Shown here: positions 9,901 through 17,807 of the stretch, piece by piece
Layout: the number at the start of each line of letters is the position of its first letter
Numbering within the stretch: position 1 is the first letter of the stretch
From: a virus
IMG/VR virus record: IMGVR_UViG_3300021498_000001
Location: 8,623 to 72,622 of that record
Strand: one strand, 5' to 3'
DNA: 64,000 nt
The notes under the pieces: generated by a model
Told to the model about the DNA's origin: nothing
What the model saw: only the letters and a program-made list of their open reading frames with translations
Databases searched by the model: none
Program-made: the position numbers and the translations under genes

Positions 9901-12900
9901 TTTGTGTGACTGGTAACTCTTCCATTCCTGCCTACGATTTAAAACTTGTCCCCAGAAAAAATCCAGAAGTAAGAAGGACAGGAGAAGAAGAGTTTGAAGA
10001 GAAGGTTTATGGAGTGGATTTTAAAGAAAAGCTACGCCTTCGCACCAAATCCAAAGATATTGAAAAAATGGCTCAACAGTCCCTAGAAGAAGATAAAGTT
10101 AAACCTCTTCGCTTCTTTATGCCTCTCAAACCTATAAGAGTGCAGGGCAAACATGGAGAAAGGAATACGCCTGAAAGATTGGTAGAGCTATTTGAGCCTC
10201 AGCATTATCCTGTATATAACTCAGTCAAGAGGGATGGTTTCAGGGCCATCCTAATGTACGATGGAAATAAGGTTGTCATTTACTCAGAAGATGGCAATGA
10301 CATTACAGACCAATTGCCTACAATTGTAGAAGCAATCAAAAAACTCAAGGTTAAATCAGTCATTCTGGATGCTGAGATTGAACTCTGGGAAAATGGACAG
10401 CATCATCCAAGAGAGGCAGCAATTGCTAAAATTCACTCCAAAGCAATAGAAGATGAGAATTTGATTGCCAATATTTTTGACTGTGTCTATCTAAATGGCC
10501 AAGACTTACACAAAGAACCTTTTGAAAAGAGATGGAAGGCATTAAATTCTATTGGCATTAAATATTCAAAGGAGACCAGCCTAGACCCAAAGCAGAAACT
10601 CAATATCATACCTCATATCCCATGCAATACACCCAAAGAGCTTCTTAAAGAGACAGAACGAATGAGAAGAGTGAAATCGAGTGAAGGATGTGTGGCCATT
10701 GCACACAATGCTGTATATCCTTTGGATGGAAAGCCAGAAGGTAACTCTTTCTGTAAGTTTCATAATAATGTGGTTGTGAGAGGGATAGTAGTACAACCAG
10801 TCGAAACACGAACCAGCGGCGTATTTAATTTGACCTGGGGTTGTTTAGCAGAAGGCCACGAAATCTTAAAGAAAGACCAGACAGAAGTAGGGCCTTATGA
10901 AAAGGTCTTAGTTATAGGCAGCACTTTTGCAGCACCTTATGTAAAAAGAGGAGCTGTTATTGAGGTTGAGTGTGAGACAATCAATCATATCATCCATGAA
11001 GATATAGAAGGCAAACCTATAGAGATTACAGCTTGGGCACCCAGATTTATGCGAGTGGTACCTGGAGCAAAGCCAGACAGCATAGATGATATTTTAAGAA
11101 AAGCAAGGAAAGAAAATCATGTTTTGCAGATTAAAATAGTTAAACCTGATGGCACAGTAGAGTACAGAGAGTCAAAGAAAGAACTCCTTTGCTTTCTTAC
11201 AGAAGAACCTACTTTAGAGAGTCAGATAAGCGATAGATTTGGCGCAGCCAAATATGCTGTGTTCTTTGAACCTGCTACTTATCACTTTGAAGCAGTAGAT
11301 TTGTCTAATTTTAGAACAGGTGTAGAGATTGCAGATTTAATAAAGCAGCATCAGGCAACTAAAGTCATTACAAATCAAATAGGAAGATTTAGCAGAGACG
11401 AATTAGAAAAAGCTGGCATTGAGATTGATTTTGCAGAGGGAAGGGTGAGTGATTATTTGAAAAAGGAGCTGGGAGAGAGTCCTTTGGTAAAGGAGGCAGA
11501 AATAAGGGAGCAGGGTGACCCATATATGCAGTATTTCGATGAGGATAAAGAGCATAGAGTGTGCAACCAGAGGCATTATAGATTTGCTCTTAAGGACATA
11601 CTCAAAGAGACTGGAATGGAAGATGAATGGCCTGATGAGTGGACAGAAGAAGATTGGCGAAAAAATTGGGATTCTTGGAAAAGAAGAGTATATCCAAAAT
11701 TAAGGAAATATTTTGAAACTCATCCTGAATATGAGCATAGTCCTTCAACTCATGTAGATCAAAGATATGAGACAGATAGTGGTGCATTGATTGGATGGAC
11801 TATATTGGATTCACTGCCAGATAGACCTAAAGTGCCTCCTCTTTCTTTGGAGGATGCCAAAAAGTTTGATAGAGATCCTTCTAATTGGAAGATTGATTGG
11901 AACACAGGTGAATGGGCTTGGCGTGAAAAAAAAGGTGGAGCAAAGGCAAGAATTTCAATTGTAGTAAGGAAAAAGTCACCAGAGCCCCTAGACTGGCTCA
12001 CTTTTGAGGGTGAACAGCCCCCCAAATCGGTTGGTGCAACAGCTTATGGCCCTGCTATCTTTACTCACATTACTCCTTTAGGAGTAGTTGAGACGCTCAG
12101 CCAGAAAAGTTACATGCATGAATACTATCTCACATTTCCCAATTTTAAATGGCATATAGTATTTCGTCTTTTGAGGAAACCATTTGTGCAGAAAGAATCA
12201 TTTAAGGAAGCACTGAGAACACAAGATTATGAGCGTCTTTCAGAAATGGTTGAATTAGAAGAAGGCGAATCTTTAGAAGAAGGCTTGTATCTAGAAGCTA
12301 AGAGATTTATTCCAGTTTCTAAGGGCGGGTGGGGGCTGGAGGAAAGTGGATGGGTAGCTATTTATGTCACAAGAGAACCCTATGTTATTTCAAAGCGTGC
12401 AGTACAATTGAAATGGATTCCACCTTATCCCTACAGCGCCCTCCCTCGCCATATCAAGAAACAAATCCCACCTGAATATCACTACTGGAAAGAAAAGGAT
12501 ATGCAAAAGCGCATAGAGATAAGGGATGCTCTTGTTAAAGCTATCAAAGAAAAGAAAGTTGTATTGAAGGAGAGTATTGTAAGAGACTTTAAACTTGACT
12601 TTCACTGGAGCGAACCTGCTGAGTTGGTGAAGCGTCGCAGCCCCGCCCACAAACATTGGGACCTTCGAATCGATGGCGACCTCAAAAAGAAAACAGGTTA
12701 TATCTTCCACGCAGTCTTAGAACTCAATCCCTTAGAAGTTGACTCTACTTCTGCATATCTCAAGAAATGCAAAGGAGATGAAGGCGGCATTGATTGGATG
12801 AACGTGGGCAAAGAAAAGACAGTTAAATTCACAAAGGGCCCAGGAACATTTGAAAAGAATGAGCCAGGGTACATAAGAGCATTGGATTGGGGCAGAGTTT

Positions 12901-13037
12901 TAGTGCTTGAAGACTCTCCTCTCTTTAAGAAGTTTCAATTTAAGGGCAAAAAATTAAAAGGTATCTGGATTATGTACAGAAGCAGTCCAGATACAGATAT
13001 TTGGATATTTGAAAAGAGTAAGAATATAGGCAAATAA
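6927..13037 (+). CDS. Giant multidomain protein: ASCH-like, MBL-fold hydrolase, Pol-beta-type nucleotidyltransferase, intein, ATP-dependent DNA ligase, NifB/NifX-like, and two LigD phosphoesterase-like domains
   Basis: GLYLTPPHGEL (ASCH-like); SHRHVDH (MBL HxHxDH, ~7965); ITGST..DLDV (NTase); KRDGFR (ligase motif I, 10227), DAEIE, IFDCVYLNG, EGCV; ISDRFG..VITNQIG..LEKAGI (NifX-like); HVDQRYE..WLTFEG and HWDLRID..DWG..FKGKKLKG (PE-like). Confidence 0.8.
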   Translation: MEEKDNLDRLSELHLEQFRKEGIDYDLKNPQTRWKQLYADLRYIFDSGLPRIWKGKKWGDWTEEDCLRYAGKIIDALRSVYFPLIPPSKNDPRYNTSYWKAYRKAEEKGYVKSKPPKSEELPEWDKKRKEIIKTSLEEAERKLDGLYLTPPHGELFWTDEKKLLVKTKEFDLSKPHYLIEDGYCYGIISFKKPKEITKQQFFSEEFKKKHRILDTEAWQWWRMTRDNAVEPKLYAYEIKEFKPFDVPRRVRVPKGIQVIVKADNIEFVSEDEEKPAKIDWPTMAAKEAKTDFIKFYGTKGYIEEESERHKYHTCILFSLNDTNILLDYGERHPAEIEERVDVVLNSHRHVDHICPETVNFACPLYVSQQTLERVDFPLPEDIRVYRPREPFKIDNIEITAYPVYHSIRAPMHIFKIETDNLAIGVMTDFLGFRDKNDEDSFYPDLDIVIIDGSSITRDLRRWREEHDEPFGHESVIHQIERIRDKCEKNPVIILTHIGNEGLELGDERILELLSEQFPNMRIYVAKDGSIFDLKTKRFTEAFKGEQICKDIVANLPSFTWIPEFVSITGSTLFTKDHAPRDLDVMCKAEEINGKWYIPVDTSLLLKLQRAYQYATKKVLGKAIKADFPPPSLIGPNWCVDDKTEILTKDRGWVLFKDLKESDLVATVSKDDYLEFQKPIRYFSNFYKGKMIHIKNKNIDLLVTPEHKVIYYPCFTRNKKRIISEEWQMIEAQKLLEMKGRIYLKLGCKWKGDGDSIFWIPPCIGYNMKLEPPVPIDMEDFAMFMGWYLSEGSVHITPKQVYSVCIAQYEDSPKFQELKELLSRLPFDFKEVRGNQDNPEKITGFCCKSKQLALYLKQFGKCYDKFIPNEIKNQKPEILKRFLECYFYGDGHLRKRAKGLYVAKTVSERLAGDLQEIGLKLGIRVSYNKEGNGKRRRIYIGNFTLESKWKSKMRQLCRVCLELGHVKEVPYEGMIYAVEVPNGIVIVRRNFRFCVTGNSSIPAYDLKLVPRKNPEVRRTGEEEFEEKVYGVDFKEKLRLRTKSKDIEKMAQQSLEEDKVKPLRFFMPLKPIRVQGKHGERNTPERLVELFEPQHYPVYNSVKRDGFRAILMYDGNKVVIYSEDGNDITDQLPTIVEAIKKLKVKSVILDAEIELWENGQHHPREAAIAKIHSKAIEDENLIANIFDCVYLNGQDLHKEPFEKRWKALNSIGIKYSKETSLDPKQKLNIIPHIPCNTPKELLKETERMRRVKSSEGCVAIAHNAVYPLDGKPEGNSFCKFHNNVVVRGIVVQPVETRTSGVFNLTWGCLAEGHEILKKDQTEVGPYEKVLVIGSTFAAPYVKRGAVIEVECETINHIIHEDIEGKPIEITAWAPRFMRVVPGAKPDSIDDILRKARKENHVLQIKIVKPDGTVEYRESKKELLCFLTEEPTLESQISDRFGAAKYAVFFEPATYHFEAVDLSNFRTGVEIADLIKQHQATKVITNQIGRFSRDELEKAGIEIDFAEGRVSDYLKKELGESPLVKEAEIREQGDPYMQYFDEDKEHRVCNQRHYRFALKDILKETGMEDEWPDEWTEEDWRKNWDSWKRRVYPKLRKYFETHPEYEHSPSTHVDQRYETDSGALIGWTILDSLPDRPKVPPLSLEDAKKFDRDPSNWKIDWNTGEWAWREKKGGAKARISIVVRKKSPEPLDWLTFEGEQPPKSVGATAYGPAIFTHITPLGVVETLSQKSYMHEYYLTFPNFKWHIVFRLLRKPFVQKESFKEALRTQDYERLSEMVELEEGESLEEGLYLEAKRFIPVSKGGWGLEESGWVAIYVTREPYVISKRAVQLKWIPPYPYSALPRHIKKQIPPEYHYWKEKDMQKRIEIRDALVKAIKEKKVVLKESIVRDFKLDFHWSEPAELVKRRSPAHKHWDLRIDGDLKKKTGYIFHAVLELNPLEVDSTSAYLKKCKGDEGGIDWMNVGKEKTVKFTKGPGTFEKNEPGYIRALDWGRVLVLEDSPLFKKFQFKGKKLKGIWIMYRSSPDTDIWIFEKSKNIGK
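8838..9917 (+). mobile_element. Intein with LAGLIDADG homing endonuclease (360 aa)
   Basis: Starts CVDDKTEILT, block B VTPEH, LAGLIDADG-like FMGWYLSEG and FLECYFYGDG, block F IYAVEV, ends TGN with Ser as +1 residue. Confidence 0.88.
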
Positions 13038-13038
13038 C

Positions 13039-13359
13039 ATGAGTGAGATGAAAGAGGTTGATTTAGGCAATAAGATTGAGATGAAGCTAACCCTAGATAA
13101 GTTTCTTGAATTACTCAAACAGCAATGTGGAGAGAAATGTCAAATCTCAGCGATTGTAAGAAATCCAGATATGCATACATTTCAATGTCTTGCATACAAT
13201 TCTGATTCGTTGCAAGATTTTTATTTCGATGTGTTAGGTGGTTTGATTACAATATATCTTAGAATGGGACAGAATATTGATTTTGAAGAATACTTGGCAG
13301 CAGTAATTGGACATTTACGATTGATGAAAGATAATCTTGTTCCTATAAAGAGGCAGTGA
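13039..13359 (+). CDS. Hypothetical protein
   Basis: 106-aa ORF coupled to its neighbours. Confidence 0.6.
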   Translation: MSEMKEVDLGNKIEMKLTLDKFLELLKQQCGEKCQISAIVRNPDMHTFQCLAYNSDSLQDFYFDVLGGLITIYLRMGQNIDFEEYLAAVIGHLRLMKDNLVPIKRQ

Positions 13360-13547
13360 TGGATTTTAGCAGATTTAGATGTCCAAAGGACAAACACTTT
13401 CTGTTTGCACAGTGCATAAAGGATGGGATGATTGAGGTAAAATGTAGATACTGCAAGACTACTTATCAGCTTAAGTTTAAGAATGGTAAACTTGTATCCC
13501 TTAAAGAAATTTATGTGCCTTTAAAGCAAGAAGACTTGACAAAATAA
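13356..13547 (+). CDS. Com-family zinc-ribbon protein
   Basis: FRCPKDKHFLF ... IEVKCRYCK resembles Mu Com-like regulators. Confidence 0.65.
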   Translation: MMDFSRFRCPKDKHFLFAQCIKDGMIEVKCRYCKTTYQLKFKNGKLVSLKEIYVPLKQEDLTK

Positions 13548-13564
13548 ATTTCAAAATATAAAAT
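13536..13564 (+). promoter_or_regulatory. Strong sigma70-type promoter for the capsid gene (TTGACA-17-TAAAAT)
   Basis: -35 at 13536-13541, -10 at 13559-13564. Confidence 0.75.
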
Positions 13565-13638
13565 ATGTTAGATAAATAGAACTTTGTGAATTGCCTCGCA
13601 TTCAGGGCAAAGAATCTATTGGATTAAAGGCCCAGTAA

Positions 13639-16017
13639 GTGGAAGAGGCAACTTGCTGGGCTATGAATGTTTTAAGTACAAGCGATTTCTTAGAAACCTT
13701 TCAAGGCAAATTCCTTCCTTTATTAGAGTCTTCTAAAACAGGCGAAGAGTGGGATGTTGTCTTAATAGAAGCAGGCAGAAGCAAAGGAGGCAGTCAGGGA
13801 CAAATCCTTTATCCAGAAGAAGTATTGAAGAAAGCAGTCCCTCTCTTTGAAAATGCCAAATGCTATGCCTTTGAATTCAGCGGTCAAATCTATGACCACC
13901 TACCAGAAAATATCAAACAGGCAGTACCTCAAGGTTTTGCAAAGAACCTTGTCGGTTATTTCACAAATCCAAAGCTAAAGAAACTCCCTAACGGCAAAAA
14001 GGGCATTGTAGCAAGATTTCATGTCATTGCAGATTGGCTTAAATCTGCTCTCAAGAATGCAGGCAAAAAACTGCCAGAGCTGCTGGGATTCAGTATAGAT
14101 GCTGAGGGTGTAGTGGATAAAGAAAATCAGGTTGCCTTGTCAATTGACAGAGTAGATAGTGTGGACTTGGTAACATACCCAGCAGCAGGGGGCAGATTTT
14201 TAAGAATGGTTGCGTCAAGGCTTGCTGCGAGTTTGCAACAGCAGGCTAATTTAAAGACATCAAACAAAGGAGGGTTGGATATGGTAGAAGGCAGAATGTT
14301 GTTAATGATGAAAGGTTTGCAGAGTGGTCTTAAGGAGGGACAAGAGCTAGAAATCACAGATGATGTTGTCAATGCTATCTTCTCAGAGGCTCTAGAGAAA
14401 GAGGAGATTGAGGAGTCTAGGGATGAGCTGAAAGAGATTATCTCACAATGCATTGGATTCTTGAAAGAAGGCAAAGACCAGTTTGCAGAAGCTCTTTTGA
14501 ATGGGATTGTTGAGGCTAAGAAGAAAAAGAGGAAAAAGAAAGAGGAGTATCCTAGCCCTGAAGAAGAGTATCCTAAACCTCAGAAGGCTTCTATGCCTGA
14601 GCCTCAAGCTGAGCCTAAACCTGAGATGAAACCTGAGCTTGAAGAGGCAAAGAAAAAGAAGAAAGAAGAATATCCTTATCCTGAAGTACAGAAACAGTCT
14701 CAGGAATTACAGGCTCTTAAAGATGAAATTACTCGCCTCAAATTAGAGAAGTACTTAGAAGAAGCTCTTAAGGAATCTGGTCTTACCAATGTTTCCAAGA
14801 ACCAGATCAGAAGCATGAGATTTAGCTCTGTAGAGGAAATTGATAAGGCTATCCAGAACATGAAGGACTTAGAAGCTAAGTTTATGCAGGAAGCTGGCAT
14901 TTCAAGCAGGGTAGAAGCAGGTGAAACTGAGGGCGAAAAGGCATTGAAACTGCTTGAGGATGTTATTGAAGGTAAAGCTCACAGCATTAAAGAGGCTTAT
15001 GTCAGGTTTACAGGTGATACTAGAGTCACAGGCTTAATAAGAGAGTGCAGAGGTAGGGGCAAGGAAAGAATTACAGAGAGCTTAACTACTTCAGATTGGG
15101 CAGAGGCATTGGGCGATACCTTGAGGCGTAAGCTCATAAAAGAATATCAAGTTTCTGGCTTAGATGACTGGAAGAAAATCGTATCTGATATAGTGCCTTT
15201 ACCTGACTTTAGAAGCCAGCATTGGATTAGATTGGGTGGATACGGTGAGCTTCCTTCTGTATCTCAAGGTGCAACTTACACAGAGCTAACTAGCCCAACA
15301 GATGAAGAAGTGACCCTGTCTGTGAGCAAAAAAGGTGGCCTTGAATCGGTCACTATTGAGATGATAAAGAATGATGACATAATGGCAATTAGGCAGATTC
15401 CTAGAAGGTTGGCAAGAGCTGCTGCTCAGGCTCTTTACAATGCTATATTTGATGACATTCTCAAAGACAATGCAACAATATATGATAGTGTTGCCCTATT
15501 CCATTCAAGCCACAATAACTTAGGAAGCTCTGCTCTTTCTGCTTCTTCATTTATGGCAACAAGAAAGGCAATGGCACAGCAAACTGCTTATGGAAACAGC
15601 GAAGAATATCTAAACCTCTATCCAAAATGGTTGATTGTGCCAGTGGATCTTGAGGATACAGCATTCAAGATTTGCCATTCTCCTGTGTATGTAAGTGCAG
15701 CTTCTTATTACAGCGGTGGTACTGCTTCAGAGGCTGCAACCACTCCAAATATTGTACCTCAGAAATTTAAGACAGATTACATTGTTGTGCCTAGATGGAC
15801 AGATGCAAATGATTGGATCGCAGTAGCAGATCCTAATATGTGTCCTACAATAGTTGTAGGCTTCTTGGATGGGAAAGAAGAGCCTGAGATATTTATTCAG
15901 GATCAGCCTTCAGTCGGTAGTTTATTCTATGCTGATAAGATAGTGTACAAGATTAGGCATATTTGGGGCGTGGCTGTATTTGATTACAGGCCATTCTATA
16001 AGCATGTAGTGAGCTAA
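13639..16017 (+). CDS. Prohead protease-scaffold-major capsid protein fusion (Mu gpT-like HK97-fold MCP); start may be ATG 13663
   Basis: N-terminal protease-like domain (YDHL, GFSID, SVDLVTYPAAGG); charged scaffold with EEYP repeats; C-terminal TTSDW..., TIEMIKNDD, LFHSSHNN, PKWLIVP, YKIRHIWG..DYR. Confidence 0.88.
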   Translation: MEEATCWAMNVLSTSDFLETFQGKFLPLLESSKTGEEWDVVLIEAGRSKGGSQGQILYPEEVLKKAVPLFENAKCYAFEFSGQIYDHLPENIKQAVPQGFAKNLVGYFTNPKLKKLPNGKKGIVARFHVIADWLKSALKNAGKKLPELLGFSIDAEGVVDKENQVALSIDRVDSVDLVTYPAAGGRFLRMVASRLAASLQQQANLKTSNKGGLDMVEGRMLLMMKGLQSGLKEGQELEITDDVVNAIFSEALEKEEIEESRDELKEIISQCIGFLKEGKDQFAEALLNGIVEAKKKKRKKKEEYPSPEEEYPKPQKASMPEPQAEPKPEMKPELEEAKKKKKEEYPYPEVQKQSQELQALKDEITRLKLEKYLEEALKESGLTNVSKNQIRSMRFSSVEEIDKAIQNMKDLEAKFMQEAGISSRVEAGETEGEKALKLLEDVIEGKAHSIKEAYVRFTGDTRVTGLIRECRGRGKERITESLTTSDWAEALGDTLRRKLIKEYQVSGLDDWKKIVSDIVPLPDFRSQHWIRLGGYGELPSVSQGATYTELTSPTDEEVTLSVSKKGGLESVTIEMIKNDDIMAIRQIPRRLARAAAQALYNAIFDDILKDNATIYDSVALFHSSHNNLGSSALSASSFMATRKAMAQQTAYGNSEEYLNLYPKWLIVPVDLEDTAFKICHSPVYVSAASYYSGGTASEAATTPNIVPQKFKTDYIVVPRWTDANDWIAVADPNMCPTIVVGFLDGKEEPEIFIQDQPSVGSLFYADKIVYKIRHIWGVAVFDYRPFYKHVVS

Positions 16018-16084
16018 TAGGCTTATTTAATAAACAAGGCACAGAGATTGGTGCTTAACTTGAGAATTAAAGAGGAGGTATGCT

Positions 16085-16501
16085 ATGGCTAAGATTATAG
16101 CAGGTGATTTGCCCTCTCATAGACAGTCAGTATTGTTTGAGGTAGCAAGCAGAGCTGCAACAGATGATAAATACAGCAATCTTATGTTCAGAGCACCTCA
16201 TGACCTCACAGTCAAAGCAGCTTATGTAACCTTTCTTTCTGCTGTAACTGGAGCTGCAGATAATTATTTCACAGTAAGAGTTAGGAATTTAGGCACAAAT
16301 GGCAGTGGTACTACTGACCTTGCTACAAAGGCTTTCAGTTCAACTTCTGTGACTGCTTCTGCAAAAGTCCCAGTAGCTTTGACTTTAGCTTCTACTCCTA
16401 CAATGAGTGAAGGTGAAGTAATGGTTGCTTATATAGACCATGCTGGAAGTGGTAAGGCTAGTGATATAGCAATTTTACAGGTAGATTATACTTGGACATA
16501 A
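16085..16501 (+). CDS. Probable capsid decoration/cement protein
   Basis: Directly after MCP; strong GAGGAGGT RBS; Ala/Thr/Ser-rich beta-type sequence. Confidence 0.6.
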   Translation: MAKIIAGDLPSHRQSVLFEVASRAATDDKYSNLMFRAPHDLTVKAAYVTFLSAVTGAADNYFTVRVRNLGTNGSGTTDLATKAFSSTSVTASAKVPVALTLASTPTMSEGEVMVAYIDHAGSGKASDIAILQVDYTWT

Positions 16502-16604
16502 TAAAGAGCAGCCTAGACTGGACTAATTGGCAAAAAGAAGCCTCTAATAGCAGTACTAGGCTGCTCTAAAAGAGGCTTAGTAATAAAGGCTAGGTTGGCT
16601 TTAA

Positions 16605-17807
16605 ATGGCACTAGCAACAGAATTTGAATACATCAATCCATCTCCATCCTTCTTTATTGTAACAGGTTGTCCTCGTTCTGGCACTACATTTTTGATTGAA
16701 CAAATCAAAGAACACCTTAAAGTGCCAGTCTTGGGATATGATGACCTAGTCTTACATAGAGAATGGAAAACAGCAATAGAGGCCAATGCTATTCTTTTAG
16801 GAGATGTGTTTGCAGACCTTAGTAAAGGAGCACCTAAGGCTGAGGAAGTAGAAAAGCAATATCCAGAATTCAAAGAATTTCTTGAGTCACATAAAGATGA
16901 GTTCAGTGAATATGGTCTTTATTTCTTCAAAGACCCAAGAATATGCTACACATGGCCATTCTGGATGAGATTATTTGAAATAAGAATAATTCACATTGTG
17001 AGAGATTTTGAGGGTGTCTTTAACAGCATAGACGAAATGGATAAAGTAGGAGATAAAGAGGTTAGATTCAGATGGATTAGACCAAGAGAAGAATGGCATG
17101 AGATTTGGGAAAATCATGTAAATGGAGCAAGAGAAAGCAATAAGTATGTGCCCTATCTAGAGATCCCATTTGAGTCATTTGTGAAAGATCCTAAGCCTTG
17201 GCTTATAAAAATAGCAAAATTCGTGAAAGCACCTGAAAAGTGCCTCAATCTAGGAAGTGGTCTTGCACCCAGAGCAGGCAGTGAATGGGTAAATGTGGAT
17301 TACAACAAGGATTATATACCACCTACCAAATATGATGTTTATGGAGTAGTTGCAGATTTGGAAAATCCCTTGCCTTTTAAAGATTATACTTATTCATTCA
17401 TAGTTGCAAATCATGTCCTTGAGCATATCAAGAATTATGAACAATTGATGTGTGAAATATACAGAGTGCTCAAAATTGGAGGAAGATTAATTATCAGAGT
17501 TCCTTATGCATTCTGTCGTGCAGCGATTGCAGACCCCACTCATGTAAGACAATTTGTACCTGAGTCATTCTTTCATTTTTTACCAGAAAATTTAGGGCCA
17601 GTAGCTAATCCTAAGTTTTGGGGCACATTTAAGATTATAGATTTGGAAGTGATTAAGCATGACAGGCCAGAGATAGACAGGGGTGAGGTAGGCAGCTACT
17701 ATTCAGAGGTGTTTTGTGAAATGGAGAAAATCCCTAAACAACAACCTCCTAAGCCAAACTGGACTATAAGGCAAGAAGATGAGCAAAGGCAAAGCAATCA
17801 TATTTAG
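16605..17807 (+). CDS. Sulfotransferase - class I SAM methyltransferase fusion
   Basis: IVTGCPRSGTT (PAPS-binding loop), KDPR, IHIVRD; C-terminal LNLGSG, DLENPLPF, ANHVLEHI, GGRLIIRVP. Confidence 0.8.
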   Translation: MALATEFEYINPSPSFFIVTGCPRSGTTFLIEQIKEHLKVPVLGYDDLVLHREWKTAIEANAILLGDVFADLSKGAPKAEEVEKQYPEFKEFLESHKDEFSEYGLYFFKDPRICYTWPFWMRLFEIRIIHIVRDFEGVFNSIDEMDKVGDKEVRFRWIRPREEWHEIWENHVNGARESNKYVPYLEIPFESFVKDPKPWLIKIAKFVKAPEKCLNLGSGLAPRAGSEWVNVDYNKDYIPPTKYDVYGVVADLENPLPFKDYTYSFIVANHVLEHIKNYEQLMCEIYRVLKIGGRLIIRVPYAFCRAAIADPTHVRQFVPESFFHFLPENLGPVANPKFWGTFKIIDLEVIKHDRPEIDRGEVGSYYSEVFCEMEKIPKQQPPKPNWTIRQEDEQRQSNHI

